Virus record (IMG/VR): IMGVR_UViG_3300046820_001584
Coordinates: 1 to 64,000 of that record
Strand: one strand, 5' to 3'
Length of the DNA stretch: 64,000 bases
Source: a virus
Positions 46,034 to 56,335 of this stretch are shown here, piece after piece. The notes under the pieces were generated by a model. It worked only from the letters and a program-made list of their open reading frames with translations. It was not told the origin of the DNA and did not search any database. The number at the start of each line of letters is the position of its first letter. The first letter of the stretch is position 1. Position numbers and translations under genes: made by a program.

Positions 46034-47014
46034 TTAAATAACTACCATTTTGTTTGTGACATATGGAAGCAATAGCTGATCTGCATAATTATTGCCTGTT
46101 CCACTAAAAGCAGATGTATCGTATTGGAACTGCCAGTCAAATGTCTGTATGCTCTTGATATACTTATTGCGCCACTCTTTATCTTTAGAGAAAAAGTCTT
46201 TCATTAATTCAATACATGCAAGCTCAACTTCATCTGGTACATATTGCCAGCCATATCTCCCAGCTACTCTGTATGTTCCTCCATTTACAAAGATACCTCT
46301 TCCAGTATCATTAATACTTGGGGGGATCATGCCATTTGCATAATATACTACATTGTCTAGAGCATTTGATCTATCAACCTTTAATCCAAATCCACTTTCA
46401 GATACTGAAACTGGCATATTTAAATTATTAATGTTATTAATAGTGTCAACTAGAAGCATGTCATTTAAATAAAGCTCATGCAGCTGATTAATCTTTTGAG
46501 GAAGCGGAAGAACATCTGCTCCAGTAGAATAAACAACGTTTACGTCGTCATACAGATGGAACTGTTGTCCCGTATAGTTTTCAATTAATTTTCTTGCATA
46601 TCTTTCTGCAGCAACTAAATCAGCAAATGTTCTGTAATTTGGGTCAGACTGATCGAAACCAAATCCTAGTGCATCTGCGGCCTGAGTTAAATCGGTATAC
46701 GGAGTAACAACAAAGAGCTTGTGCTCTTTTGTTACTAGTTGTCCTTCAACCCGATATTCCCATACTAACTTCAATGATCTTGGTCTGTTTGTAAGAGACA
46801 ATGGTGGGTATACGCTGTATACTCCAAAATCTGTATCAATCTCTTCTGCCGTTTGAGTATGCAAAACGGTAGATGGAATTATAGATGGAGCAACCGCTGG
46901 GTCTTCAGTTATGTCGTAAAACTTAACAGTTGGTAAAGAGTCCGCCTTGGCTATGCCACCCTTCCAAAAAACTCTTTGCTTTACTGGAGCATTTGTTCCT
47001 ACTATAATTTCCAT
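46034..47014 (-). CDS. Head-tail adaptor with N-terminal Ig-like extension
   Basis: ARKLIENYTGQQF...GW..VPDEVELAC...LLLPY motifs. Confidence 0.7.
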   Translation of the reverse strand: MEIIVGTNAPVKQRVFWKGGIAKADSLPTVKFYDITEDPAVAPSIIPSTVLHTQTAEEIDTDFGVYSVYPPLSLTNRPRSLKLVWEYRVEGQLVTKEHKLFVVTPYTDLTQAADALGFGFDQSDPNYRTFADLVAAERYARKLIENYTGQQFHLYDDVNVVYSTGADVLPLPQKINQLHELYLNDMLLVDTINNINNLNMPVSVSESGFGLKVDRSNALDNVVYYANGMIPPSINDTGRGIFVNGGTYRVAGRYGWQYVPDEVELACIELMKDFFSKDKEWRNKYIKSIQTFDWQFQYDTSAFSGTGNNYADQLLLPYVTNKMVVI

Positions 47015-47029
47015 TTTGTGTGGTTAAGA

Positions 47030-47425
47030 TTAGCCGTAATAATCCTGTACTTCTTTTGGTGTGGCTAAACGAAACCCCTCCTCTATATCAAAAATTGCTT
47101 GAGCAGAGTCTTTATGCATTGCTACAAATGGGTGGTCCTGTGTGAACGTATGTCCCAAGATATCATACCTAAAGTTTGCTCTTGTCATTCTAACTAGCAC
47201 AGTATCTTCTGTACGCTCTGCCTTTGGATCAAATACTGGGAGGATTTCAATTTCCTCTTTTGCATCTTCTACATCCTTTAGTGTCTTAGCATACACTTCG
47301 TATGTGACACCTTCTTCTGCTAGTGCTGCAATTATGTCCTGCTTGTTCTTAAGTCCTTCTGTTTCAACTGCAAAATCTTCTGCAATTGCTTTTAGCTCTC
47401 CGACCTTTAATGTGTCAAAAGACAT
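47030..47425 (-). CDS. Rho-N/HeH-like domain protein
   Basis: LKVGELKAIAEDF......KQDIIAAL; FRLATPKEVQDYY; AAGGAG SD. Confidence 0.6.
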   Translation of the reverse strand: MSFDTLKVGELKAIAEDFAVETEGLKNKQDIIAALAEEGVTYEVYAKTLKDVEDAKEEIEILPVFDPKAERTEDTVLVRMTRANFRYDILGHTFTQDHPFVAMHKDSAQAIFDIEEGFRLATPKEVQDYYG

Positions 47426-47476
47426 TTATTACTCCTTTTTCTAGGTAAAACCATTATAGCATTGTATAATTAAAAT

Positions 47477-47508
47477 GAAAAGCCCCCAAAATTAATTGGG
47501 GGCTTTTC
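47477..47508 (-). terminator. Intrinsic terminator after the major capsid gene
   Basis: GAAAAGCCCCCAA/TTGGGGGCTTTTC stem. Confidence 0.8.
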
Positions 47509-47524
47509 TGAGATTAATTCCTAA

Positions 47525-48574
47525 TTAGGAAGCAACCTTAACGTTCTTTACAACTACCCAAGCGTCTGCTTGCTCAATTTGAACACCAACACGAGTATAC
47601 ATTGTGTACTCGATTGAGTCCTTACGTGGCCAGAAGAAGCGGTAAACTGTTACGTCACGCTTTACACCAATTACCACGTTGTTAGGGAATGTCAAGTGGA
47701 CATCTCCGTGTGATCCTGATGGGCTTGCGTATGAACCAGTCTGTGTCTCTGGAAGAAGTGGAACTTCAACGATTGGAATACCAAATGCGTATGGAGCTAC
47801 ATATCCTGCTGGACCACCTAGAACAGGAACATCACCACGAATAATGCCAGAGGCAATATCTTGTGGAGTAACGTTCTGGATGTTCTGTGAGTTTGAGTAC
47901 AAGTAATCTTGGATCAAGTTTGATCCTGCAAGGAAGCGAAGGTCTGTACGACGCTGCTTATACTTACGTGGAAGAGCCTTAAGAGCTGAGTTGAATACAG
48001 CACGAGAAATTCCCGCACCTGCTGCATCGACTACACGACCAGAGGTCTTAGCCTTCTTGACTACACCGTCGAATGACTTGTATAGTGCATCGCTTGAAAG
48101 TGCTGTATCACCGTTAAGAATAACATCTTCGATGTCATTTCCTGCCTGTGTTGCCATCAAACGTGCAATGTGATCTTCAAGATCAGCACCTTCAATGTTG
48201 TCTTCTAGAGACTCAGTTGAAAGTTCCCAATCCATGCGAAGCTTCTTTGTTGTTAGAGAGATCTTTGAGAAAGTTACAGCTGAGTTAACACCTGTATTGT
48301 CTCCTTCGGATGCAAGCTTAACAAGCTTTTCTCCTACTGACATACGATCAATCTCTGTTGTGTCTGACTTCATTCGAACTGTACGTGCGACTTTTCCAAT
48401 TACGGTTGAATCGAACATATAGTCTAGGAAGCGAGCTGATTGTTCTGGATTTAGAAGACCACCGTTGCCGTTTTCAGACGCTGTGTGTACTCCTGCTCCA
48501 CCTGTTGTTGATGCAAAACCAGCGGTGGCTGTTGTGCCTGCTGCAATTGCTTTTTCTAATGTTTCATTGCTCAT
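47525..48574 (-). CDS. Major capsid protein (HK97 fold)
   Basis: GGLLNPEQ...LEDNIEG...GNDIED..LNGD...GIPIVEVP; position after the protease; terminator. Confidence 0.9.
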   Translation of the reverse strand: MSNETLEKAIAAGTTATAGFASTTGGAGVHTASENGNGGLLNPEQSARFLDYMFDSTVIGKVARTVRMKSDTTEIDRMSVGEKLVKLASEGDNTGVNSAVTFSKISLTTKKLRMDWELSTESLEDNIEGADLEDHIARLMATQAGNDIEDVILNGDTALSSDALYKSFDGVVKKAKTSGRVVDAAGAGISRAVFNSALKALPRKYKQRRTDLRFLAGSNLIQDYLYSNSQNIQNVTPQDIASGIIRGDVPVLGGPAGYVAPYAFGIPIVEVPLLPETQTGSYASPSGSHGDVHLTFPNNVVIGVKRDVTVYRFFWPRKDSIEYTMYTRVGVQIEQADAWVVVKNVKVAS

Positions 48575-48590
48575 TATAATTTCACCTACC

Positions 48591-49940
48591 CTAGTTAAAT
48601 ATTTCGTTTACGGAACCGAGGAAAGAACCGTTCCATTTTGATTTGTTTACTGCTGGTACCGCAGACCCGCCAAGGTCTGAGGACTTCTTAATTGCTGTAT
48701 CGCCTTCTACGGCATCTACACGCTTTTGAACACCATCAATGGTGCCCTTTATTTCTGTTACAGCTGCACTTAGTGCGCTGTGCTTTTCTGCTAACTCTGT
48801 AATTTGAGCATTTACGCTCTTGCTAAAAGTCTCTACAGTTTCTTTAATTTCTGAAACCTGTACTGCATTTGCCTCTGTAGCCTTGCTAAGAGTATCTGCA
48901 AAGAATCCCTTTAGGTCTACTAACATTTTTGCAAAATCAGGCTCTTCGTTTTCTACTGCAGTTTCTGCTTGAGGAGCTTCAACCGACTTAAAGACATCTA
49001 CAGAAGCAGAGTCTGCATCTTCCACTGAGTTATCAGCGTTTGGTGCATCTTCGACAGCAAGAGCATCAGATGCTACTACGGTCTCTTCAACGATTTCTGT
49101 TTCTGCAGTTACTACTGCTGAATCTTCAGCTATTGCGTTTAGTTTTTCCACTTCATTACCTCCTTGTACGTTTACCTGTTTTGCTATTGTTTGTGTTTCA
49201 GGCAACGGAACTCTTGACTTCTTGAATGAAGCAAGAATCTTATCTATCTCTTTTGATTTGTTTATGTCTGAGCTTTCAACCCAGCCAATTAGCGTAGCTT
49301 CTTTTCCAGTGACTGGAGAAGAGTATGTCTTGTCTGTTGAGATAAAAACAGAATCGCTTTCTTCACAATAAAAAATATTTTCTGTAACTACATCTGCTGC
49401 CATGCCCTTAAATATAAGCTGGCCGTTCATCTTTTCAATTGAAATAATATTGCACATTTCGTTTGCTGGTGAATCAACAATTGAAAGTTCAATTAAATCA
49501 TAATCCTTAATAAATCTTACAGTCTCTCCTGTTGCCTTATTCATTTCGTTGTCTGACTCTTTAATCTTTCCGCCGATTGAAAAACCTGAAAGTGTTCCGT
49601 CTAAAACTTTTTCCCAAGTATCTTGTGCGCCTTTTGAAATGTATGATGTTACATAAACGCCATTATAAAATTGCTTTGACTTTTGATCGTAGTATGTTTC
49701 TGGCTTAAAAGAAACTACTTTACCTACAGCTAAAGGCTGATGCATCTCTCTAAGATTTCCTCTAAAGTTATCAAATGCTTTCATGCTTGCTTCTGCTGTT
49801 ACAACATCACCTGTTTGATCTACATTATCAAGTGTAGCAAACCCAGATACAGTTCTATTTTCCCTGTTCACCTTTGTAAACGGGACAGCTAAATGAATGT
49901 TTTGGCCGTCGGTGGACCACTGGGCTTTTTCAATGTTCAT
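48591..49940 (-). CDS. Prohead protease fused to an acidic scaffold
   Basis: REMHQ, GFSIGG, ELSIVDSPAN; Glu/Ala-rich coiled-coil C-half. Confidence 0.88.
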   Translation of the reverse strand: MNIEKAQWSTDGQNIHLAVPFTKVNRENRTVSGFATLDNVDQTGDVVTAEASMKAFDNFRGNLREMHQPLAVGKVVSFKPETYYDQKSKQFYNGVYVTSYISKGAQDTWEKVLDGTLSGFSIGGKIKESDNEMNKATGETVRFIKDYDLIELSIVDSPANEMCNIISIEKMNGQLIFKGMAADVVTENIFYCEESDSVFISTDKTYSSPVTGKEATLIGWVESSDINKSKEIDKILASFKKSRVPLPETQTIAKQVNVQGGNEVEKLNAIAEDSAVVTAETEIVEETVVASDALAVEDAPNADNSVEDADSASVDVFKSVEAPQAETAVENEEPDFAKMLVDLKGFFADTLSKATEANAVQVSEIKETVETFSKSVNAQITELAEKHSALSAAVTEIKGTIDGVQKRVDAVEGDTAIKKSSDLGGSAVPAVNKSKWNGSFLGSVNEIFN

Positions 49941-49993
49941 ATGCTTAATTTTATACTTGTCTATCTAAAAATGCAAATAGCAGTTGATTAGGT

Positions 49994-51577
49994 TTAGTCA
50001 ACCTTTTTGCCATCTCCTTTTGCATTTCTGCCTTCCCCGACTTTATCGGAAGAAGCGGCAGATCTGGCAGAATCTCTAGCCCTAGTTTTTCCAGCAGTTG
50101 CTTTTTGATCGGCAGCTTGCTGTGGCTTTAATTCAACCATTTCATCTCCGCCATCTACAGGAATCATTCCCTTTCTGATTCTAACTTCATTTGGGGTAAT
50201 TACCTGCATTCTTAAATATCTTTCGTCTATTTGTGACTGGGTATCTTCATCAGTCAAAGTTAGCTCTTCGAATTTAATTTTTAATGCATCTGTCTTTTCT
50301 TCAATTATTGAATTAATTCTTTTTTCAAGTCTCATCTGAGCTGGACGACAAACCTGCTCTTTGAATGTTTTGTCTGCGTCTCTAGCATTTGCAAGAGATA
50401 CGCCTTCTGGAACACCAATTTTATTAATTGGAACTCTATGTGCTAATAAGATTTCATCTCTATTAGACTGTCTATAAATATTAAATGATGACTCTTGAGC
50501 ACCAGCTTCAACTGGCTCCATTTTAAACTCAACTTTATTATCTTGAGTGTCGGCTGGTAGAGGGATATATAGTGATCTGTGGTTCTTTCCTTTTAATCCA
50601 ACCTGGAAAAACTCAAGCAATTTTCTTTCTGACTCTGGAGAAAGCTTTGCTCCCTTAACTGTAATAATATATCTTGGGACCGCCTTATTCTCAAAGTAGT
50701 CTAGGTTATATCTACCAGCAAATTCATTTCCAGCAAGTGACATCTGGGCTGCTACAATATCTGGAATGCCATAGTAATTATTCATCGGAGTATACTTCTT
50801 TAAATGAATAATTTCATTTGGACGATCTTCCATATCTCCAATTGGGTTTACTGTTTCTGTATCTCCAAAGTTTCTAAAGAATACCGCCTTGCCGTAAAGC
50901 AATTGCATAAATCCATCTCTAAGTCTTCTTACACGCATTGTCTTAGCTGGTATGTGACCAATATATCCAATGTCTCCGCCTGTAGTTCTACCAATTTCAA
51001 GGTAACCGTTACCAGTTGCCTCCAGATCCGTATAAACCTTTATCAAGGTTTCAGTAAATGTATCCTCATCGTTTGTTGCGTCTAGCCAATCTTGAAGATC
51101 TTGCTTTAACTTATTTAATTTTCTACGAGCTCTGTCTAGCTGCTTGTCATCTGTTATTGCATCAATAGCATCATTTGTTTTTCTGGTTTCCATAAAAGAA
51201 TACCCAAGGCCAACAATGTTTGCAACCTTAGCATTAATAGCTGCGTAGTTGTATGTTGAAACTTCATATATTTGAGATAGGTATTCTAGATTATATACTG
51301 GTTGTACAAGATCAAACATTGCATATCCAGTGACTGCTGATTGCAATAGGTTCTGCTGTGTTCCTGCTCCGTCTTTACCAGTAAATGATTTTGCAAAATC
51401 TCTATTTACTTTTCTTTTAAAATTTGTTCCTAGACCTCTTACTTTTTTAAGGTCATCAATACCGATGGCAAATGGGTCTACGTGTTCTTTTTCTTTCTTA
51501 AATGAGAATAGGTCTGAGCTATTTTTAACAGATACTTCGTATGTATCTTCTGGTCCGTCTTCTAAAAATTGTGTCAT
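49994..51577 (-). CDS. Portal protein
   Basis: TGNGYLE, EIIH, YYGIP, YFENKAVP, AHRVP, ITPNEVR motifs. Confidence 0.9.
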   Translation of the reverse strand: MTQFLEDGPEDTYEVSVKNSSDLFSFKKEKEHVDPFAIGIDDLKKVRGLGTNFKRKVNRDFAKSFTGKDGAGTQQNLLQSAVTGYAMFDLVQPVYNLEYLSQIYEVSTYNYAAINAKVANIVGLGYSFMETRKTNDAIDAITDDKQLDRARRKLNKLKQDLQDWLDATNDEDTFTETLIKVYTDLEATGNGYLEIGRTTGGDIGYIGHIPAKTMRVRRLRDGFMQLLYGKAVFFRNFGDTETVNPIGDMEDRPNEIIHLKKYTPMNNYYGIPDIVAAQMSLAGNEFAGRYNLDYFENKAVPRYIITVKGAKLSPESERKLLEFFQVGLKGKNHRSLYIPLPADTQDNKVEFKMEPVEAGAQESSFNIYRQSNRDEILLAHRVPINKIGVPEGVSLANARDADKTFKEQVCRPAQMRLEKRINSIIEEKTDALKIKFEELTLTDEDTQSQIDERYLRMQVITPNEVRIRKGMIPVDGGDEMVELKPQQAADQKATAGKTRARDSARSAASSDKVGEGRNAKGDGKKVD

Positions 51578-51912
51578 TGAACTGCTCCCCCTCTTAACAT
51601 TGAGTCTTTATACACACCAATATCTAAAGGATCTGGTGTTAGTCCCCATTTAAGTCTTTCGTTCTGATGTTCAAATTCTTCATCATCAATTTTTCTTCTA
51701 CCAGAAAGAAATTTAGGCTGGCCTTCGCTAATTCCATAATGTCTAACTGCATCTGCAAGTGCGGCAATTTTAGATCTATTGCCCTTTGTGGATGTTATAG
51801 AAAGAAAATTTCCATCGTCATCGCCGATCCATCGGCCATCTGGCATTTCCCATACGTATATGCCTAGGCGTGTTTCTTCAATGATTTGACTTTTTTGATT
51901 TAAGATGTCCAT
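51574..51912 (-). CDS. Hypothetical protein upstream of portal
   Basis: GIYVWEMPDG....DDDGNFLSI; coupled to the portal start. Confidence 0.65.
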   Translation of the reverse strand: MDILNQKSQIIEETRLGIYVWEMPDGRWIGDDDGNFLSITSTKGNRSKIAALADAVRHYGISEGQPKFLSGRRKIDDEEFEHQNERLKWGLTPDPLDIGVYKDSMLRGGAVQ

Positions 51913-51993
51913 ATGTTAAACAGTTTACCATTATTTCTAACAAAAGTCCATCTTCTGTCCTAGCCCATGACAATATTTTAAATATATTGTAGC

Positions 51994-53799
51994 CTAGTTG
52001 TCAAAAGATCTAACAAAATACGCCGTATTGTCCTGACCAGTAGCACTTTCTTGAAAAGTTACGCCTGGGTCTTGGACAGATATTGAGTTGTCTGAACAAT
52101 ATAACTTGTAGTTTTTTAATGCTTCTGAGGCTGTAAATGCTTGTTGGTAGAAAGCAATGTTGCTGTAAACATTTGATCCGCCATAATTGAGTTCATCTTG
52201 ACTTTGATTAATTTTAATCCCTGTTGCTGCGGCATTTAAAACCACAATAACATGGTGAGCTACACCGCCTAATAAAAATTGGGATACGTTTGTTGAAGAA
52301 GTCCTATTAACTCCATTTACGTATATTGCACTAATTCCAGTTTTAGATATAGATCCATTAGCCGCCCAGCTTAATTGGGCAGAAGTAGAAGAAAACAAAA
52401 CATTTTTACCAGGCTCTGGAGTAAAAAACATCTCTACTGTTCTTGGCTGTATTGCTAGATCAACAGAGAATCCGTGTCCTGAGTACATAGAAAGCCCATT
52501 ATATTTATTTTGCATTCTTACTGGATAATTATAATATCCCAAAGAGAAGTCGTAGTCTGAGTATATTTTGCCGCCAGCATTATCAGAATAAAAATCTTTA
52601 TTAGAATATAGGTCTATCTCTAGTCTATCAAAATAAGGCAAGTCAAAAGAGGAGTCTTCAGTAGACATTGTAATTCTTATGTCTAGTATGGGGCCAGATA
52701 AATTTTCATTTTTATTAAAGTACGGTAAGGGAGAATTGTTTTTACAAGGCTTCCATTGTTCTCCAGGAACTTTAACCTCTACCAAAATATTTTCTACATC
52801 TTGTCCGTAAGATATTCTAGATGAAACAATACTTTCTGGATTTGGCACATAAAGCCTATCTTCAAATACAAAAGTTTTTTCTTCTGGTAACTGTGTCTGT
52901 GCAAATTCTATTCTTTGATACACTGGATTATAGTAAGCATCACCTGAAACTATTTTGTCTAAAGAATTTGCTCCAGGATATCTAAAAGATACTGCTGGCT
53001 TTATAAATACAGAGTTTAGTGAAAAAAACGTACCTTCTTGTGAATAAACAATTTGTGAGTATTTAGTTTCTTTGTATCCAGCTGCATAATGATTTAGTAT
53101 TTTTGAATCATCTAGCTCGTATTTATAGATTGCCGCTGAATCTACTAAAAATCTTTTCCCTATGTTTGCTGGGCCTATTTTTAAACTAATGTCTTCGTTT
53201 ATAAACTTAAAGCCATCTGAAATAAGTTTTTCAGAAGCTAAGACTCCATCTACATAAAGGGCTAATCTATTTTTAGAAAATACTCCAACTAAATGCATTA
53301 CTTTGTTTCTAGATACTTTGTGCCATACTGTTTTCTGATCAGTGCATTTAAATATTACATTTTCATTTTTGTAAAATAGACCTATTTTGTTTAGAGAGTC
53401 TCCAAGTATCATATATTCATTTAAGTCAGAAGAGTCTGGCTTAAACCATATTTCAAATGAAAATGGGCTGTCTGGATTTTTAGATGTGGCAACTCCAAGT
53501 GCCTTTAGAGATAGATCTACATTGTCATTAATTTCAGTTCCTCTAACTCCCGCTCCAACTATTGGAAGCACTTCCATGTCAGAAGAATCTAGTGCATATC
53601 CTTCCATTGCATTTCCAGAATAATCTATTATTGGAAGCCCAGATATAGCTGCATATGAAACGCCATTATCTCTTAGATCTGCATAGGTTGCATATAATGT
53701 AGTTAAATTGCTGTAAACGCCAGCTTCTCCAGAACGAACTTCATCTAGCAAAAAAAATGCAAGTGGGTTATCTTTTAAGACAGTGTATTTATATGACAT
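51994..53799 (-). CDS. LamG/ConA-like lectin-domain virion protein
   Basis: VLKDNPLAFFLLDE, FSFEIWFKP, HLVGVF...LYVDG, AIY..L...I..HY. Confidence 0.75.
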   Translation of the reverse strand: MSYKYTVLKDNPLAFFLLDEVRSGEAGVYSNLTTLYATYADLRDNGVSYAAISGLPIIDYSGNAMEGYALDSSDMEVLPIVGAGVRGTEINDNVDLSLKALGVATSKNPDSPFSFEIWFKPDSSDLNEYMILGDSLNKIGLFYKNENVIFKCTDQKTVWHKVSRNKVMHLVGVFSKNRLALYVDGVLASEKLISDGFKFINEDISLKIGPANIGKRFLVDSAAIYKYELDDSKILNHYAAGYKETKYSQIVYSQEGTFFSLNSVFIKPAVSFRYPGANSLDKIVSGDAYYNPVYQRIEFAQTQLPEEKTFVFEDRLYVPNPESIVSSRISYGQDVENILVEVKVPGEQWKPCKNNSPLPYFNKNENLSGPILDIRITMSTEDSSFDLPYFDRLEIDLYSNKDFYSDNAGGKIYSDYDFSLGYYNYPVRMQNKYNGLSMYSGHGFSVDLAIQPRTVEMFFTPEPGKNVLFSSTSAQLSWAANGSISKTGISAIYVNGVNRTSSTNVSQFLLGGVAHHVIVVLNAAATGIKINQSQDELNYGGSNVYSNIAFYQQAFTASEALKNYKLYCSDNSISVQDPGVTFQESATGQDNTAYFVRSFDN

Positions 53800-53802
53800 G
53801 TC

Positions 53803-54915
53803 TTACTTCTCTTCTAGTGCTTTAACTCTCGCTGTAAGCTCTTGTACTGCTTTAATTAATGGAGCAATAAATTGGTCATATCTAAGTCCCTGCATAGAGT
53901 CTTCTTCTGACATATCCATTTTTACCCAGCCTGCAAAATCTGCAACTCCAGACTCATCTAAAACTGTTTTTACTTCTTGTGCAATAAGTCCATAGTGGGT
54001 TCTTGATCCAGGAATTGAAACAATATCTCCGTCTACTATTTCTTTTCCGCCTTCAATAAACTTATAGCTTACTGGATTTAGATTATTAATAAAATTAAGG
54101 CCTAGTTGAGATGATGTAATGTCAGTCTTTAGTCTTTGATCTGATGTATTAATAGTTCCAGTGTTTGAGTATATTGTTTTCCAAAATCTATTTGAGCTAA
54201 CTCCATTAGGAACGTCTGTTGGCTGACCAAGATTATAAAGGTTGTTTGCAATTGGATACCAGTTAGAGTTTACGCCAAATCCTGCTGAGGTTGGTATATT
54301 TAAACTTATTGTTGTTGGCACTGGATCTATAGTTGCGCTTGATCCAGGAATTCCTTGTGGTCCCGTGGCACCCGTGGCACCCGTGGCACCTCTTGGAATT
54401 GTAAATGCAAAAACGGCATTTGCAGACGTGCCAGTGTTGGTTACAGAAGCGCTTGTTCCAGCTGCACCTGTTGTAGTAGTTCCAATAGCTAGAGTGGTTG
54501 GACCCTGCGGGCCAGCGGGCCCTTGCGGACCCTGTGGACCTTGTGGTAAAACTAGATTTAATGTTTGCGATGGGCTGGTGCCAGTTATTGTTGCATTAGC
54601 TGAAGCTCCGCCAACAACGGTACCTATATTTAAAACATTAGAAGGGCCAGGCCCACCAATAATTCCATCAATACCTCTAGGCAATGTTAAGTTTAATATA
54701 GCATTAGAAGATGTTCCAACATTTGTAACTGCTGCTGGAGTACTTGCGCTAACGGTGGTTACTGTACCTATTGCTAAGGTGCCTGAAGGGCCCTGTGGGC
54801 CTGGATTAGCAGCAATGAAGGTTGCAATGTCAGCACCAAGGTTTCCAAGGTCTCTAGGGACGTCTGGGGTGTCTGTATAGTCTGGAAATCTCCAGCCGTT
54901 TACTCCTGTGCTCAT
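53803..54915 (-). CDS. Collagen-repeat tail fibre with S74 chaperone domain
   Basis: Short Gly-X-Y tracts (GPQGPQGPAGPQGP, GATGATGATGPQG) between L.IGTV..G..A domains; TSDQRLKTDI...GLIAQEV...AVQEL. Confidence 0.8.
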   Translation of the reverse strand: MSTGVNGWRFPDYTDTPDVPRDLGNLGADIATFIAANPGPQGPSGTLAIGTVTTVSASTPAAVTNVGTSSNAILNLTLPRGIDGIIGGPGPSNVLNIGTVVGGASANATITGTSPSQTLNLVLPQGPQGPQGPAGPQGPTTLAIGTTTTGAAGTSASVTNTGTSANAVFAFTIPRGATGATGATGPQGIPGSSATIDPVPTTISLNIPTSAGFGVNSNWYPIANNLYNLGQPTDVPNGVSSNRFWKTIYSNTGTINTSDQRLKTDITSSQLGLNFINNLNPVSYKFIEGGKEIVDGDIVSIPGSRTHYGLIAQEVKTVLDESGVADFAGWVKMDMSEEDSMQGLRYDQFIAPLIKAVQELTARVKALEEK

Positions 54916-54935
54916 TTTTTTATTATACCACCGAT

Positions 54936-55586
54936 CTACTTAATATATACGTGTGCTGGGCTCATATATCTGGTGCCAGAAATAATTGGCTTTACTTCAT
55001 GAATATATGGCTCCTGCGAAGGAAACATTATCATGCTTCCAGCCTTTGGCTTAACGGTAACATTGTGATTTGGAAAGCTAATTTCTCCGCCTTCGTAGTC
55101 GTCGTTTATATATGCTACCAAAGAAAATGCTAGATCTGCATTACCATCTTGTCCGTCAAAATGTGGACCCATAGACTGTCCTTCATTCCAAGCCTTAATA
55201 GTGGTGTTATCTAAATTTAAATTATATTTACTTTTATCTAGCTTGTGTCCTTCTAGGTATCTATCGGTACACATTTCAAATGCCATTAGAAAGCTATTTG
55301 CTATATACAAAGTTTTTTTATCTACCACATCTGATCCAGTAGATTCTTTTAACTTAGACTTATTAATATTTTTCGTTTTCCCGTAAATTAATTCTTTGTC
55401 GTCGCTTGCTGTCCAATTTTCCCATTTAGATATTCTAGAATAAGACTGTGGCTCTTCATCAATTTTGTCAATAAATACTTTTAGCTCTTCTGGAAAACTT
55501 AATGCATTTTCCCAGTACCAAATTTGTGGTCCAAGAACCTTAAGGTCAAACATTATAAATTGTTTAAACTCAATATTGTTTTGCAT
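54936..55586 (-). CDS. 2OG-Fe(II) oxygenase, prolyl-4-hydroxylase-like
   Basis: HFD...YINDDYEGGEI...HEV...RY. Confidence 0.88.
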   Translation of the reverse strand: MQNNIEFKQFIMFDLKVLGPQIWYWENALSFPEELKVFIDKIDEEPQSYSRISKWENWTASDDKELIYGKTKNINKSKLKESTGSDVVDKKTLYIANSFLMAFEMCTDRYLEGHKLDKSKYNLNLDNTTIKAWNEGQSMGPHFDGQDGNADLAFSLVAYINDDYEGGEISFPNHNVTVKPKAGSMIMFPSQEPYIHEVKPIISGTRYMSPAHVYIK

Positions 55587-56335
55587 TATTCTACTTCCTT
55601 GGCTGGATATTTTTCTCCAGTTGCAGTAATACGTAGTCCTTGATTACGAATTTCTTCCCATTCGACAGCTTCTGTTTTTTGATATGCTCTTACTTCAGCA
55701 AGCTCAGCTGCCCAAGCGTCTCTTACTTCTTGTGGATAGTCTGATTCTTCTCTGTCATCCCAAAAAGATCCAAGGGTATATCTAATTGCTTTCTTTACGG
55801 TTGTAACTTCATGAGTATTTTCAAATCCACCCGCAAATGTAGCCATGCTTCCAGTCTTTGGAATAATTGTTAATCCGTGCTTAAAATTTAAAACTCCGTC
55901 TTCAAAGTCATCATTTAAGTAAATAAATGTTGCGTATCTGCTTCTTGTAAATGCACCAGAGTTTCCGTCATTGTCTGTGTTATCTGAATGCATATTTGCA
56001 AATGCGCCAGGTGCCCATCTCTGAGAGTGCCAACTAATTTGTGACATTTGCTCAGGATTTTTACCAGCCATATCGGCTGTTGCGTCAATTACTCTTTGTC
56101 TTAGTACTTGAAAAAAATCTCCTGGCAATCCGCAAGCAATTGTATCTGGATCATTGACTTCTGGCATACCAGATGAATATGATTCATAGAAAGAAATAGG
56201 CATCCACTTCAATTCTTCTTTTTGCATTTTTATGTCTAGGACTTTAATAATTGCAGCGCACTCTTCTGGAGTCAAGAAATTGTCATATACAACTATATCT
56301 GATTTATGTCTTGTTACAACCATGTCTCTTTCCAT
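55586..56335 (-). CDS. 2OG-Fe(II) oxygenase, prolyl-4-hydroxylase-like
   Basis: NFLTPEEC, HSD...YLNDDFEDG...HEV...RYT. Confidence 0.88.
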   Translation of the reverse strand: MERDMVVTRHKSDIVVYDNFLTPEECAAIIKVLDIKMQKEELKWMPISFYESYSSGMPEVNDPDTIACGLPGDFFQVLRQRVIDATADMAGKNPEQMSQISWHSQRWAPGAFANMHSDNTDNDGNSGAFTRSRYATFIYLNDDFEDGVLNFKHGLTIIPKTGSMATFAGGFENTHEVTTVKKAIRYTLGSFWDDREESDYPQEVRDAWAAELAEVRAYQKTEAVEWEEIRNQGLRITATGEKYPAKEVE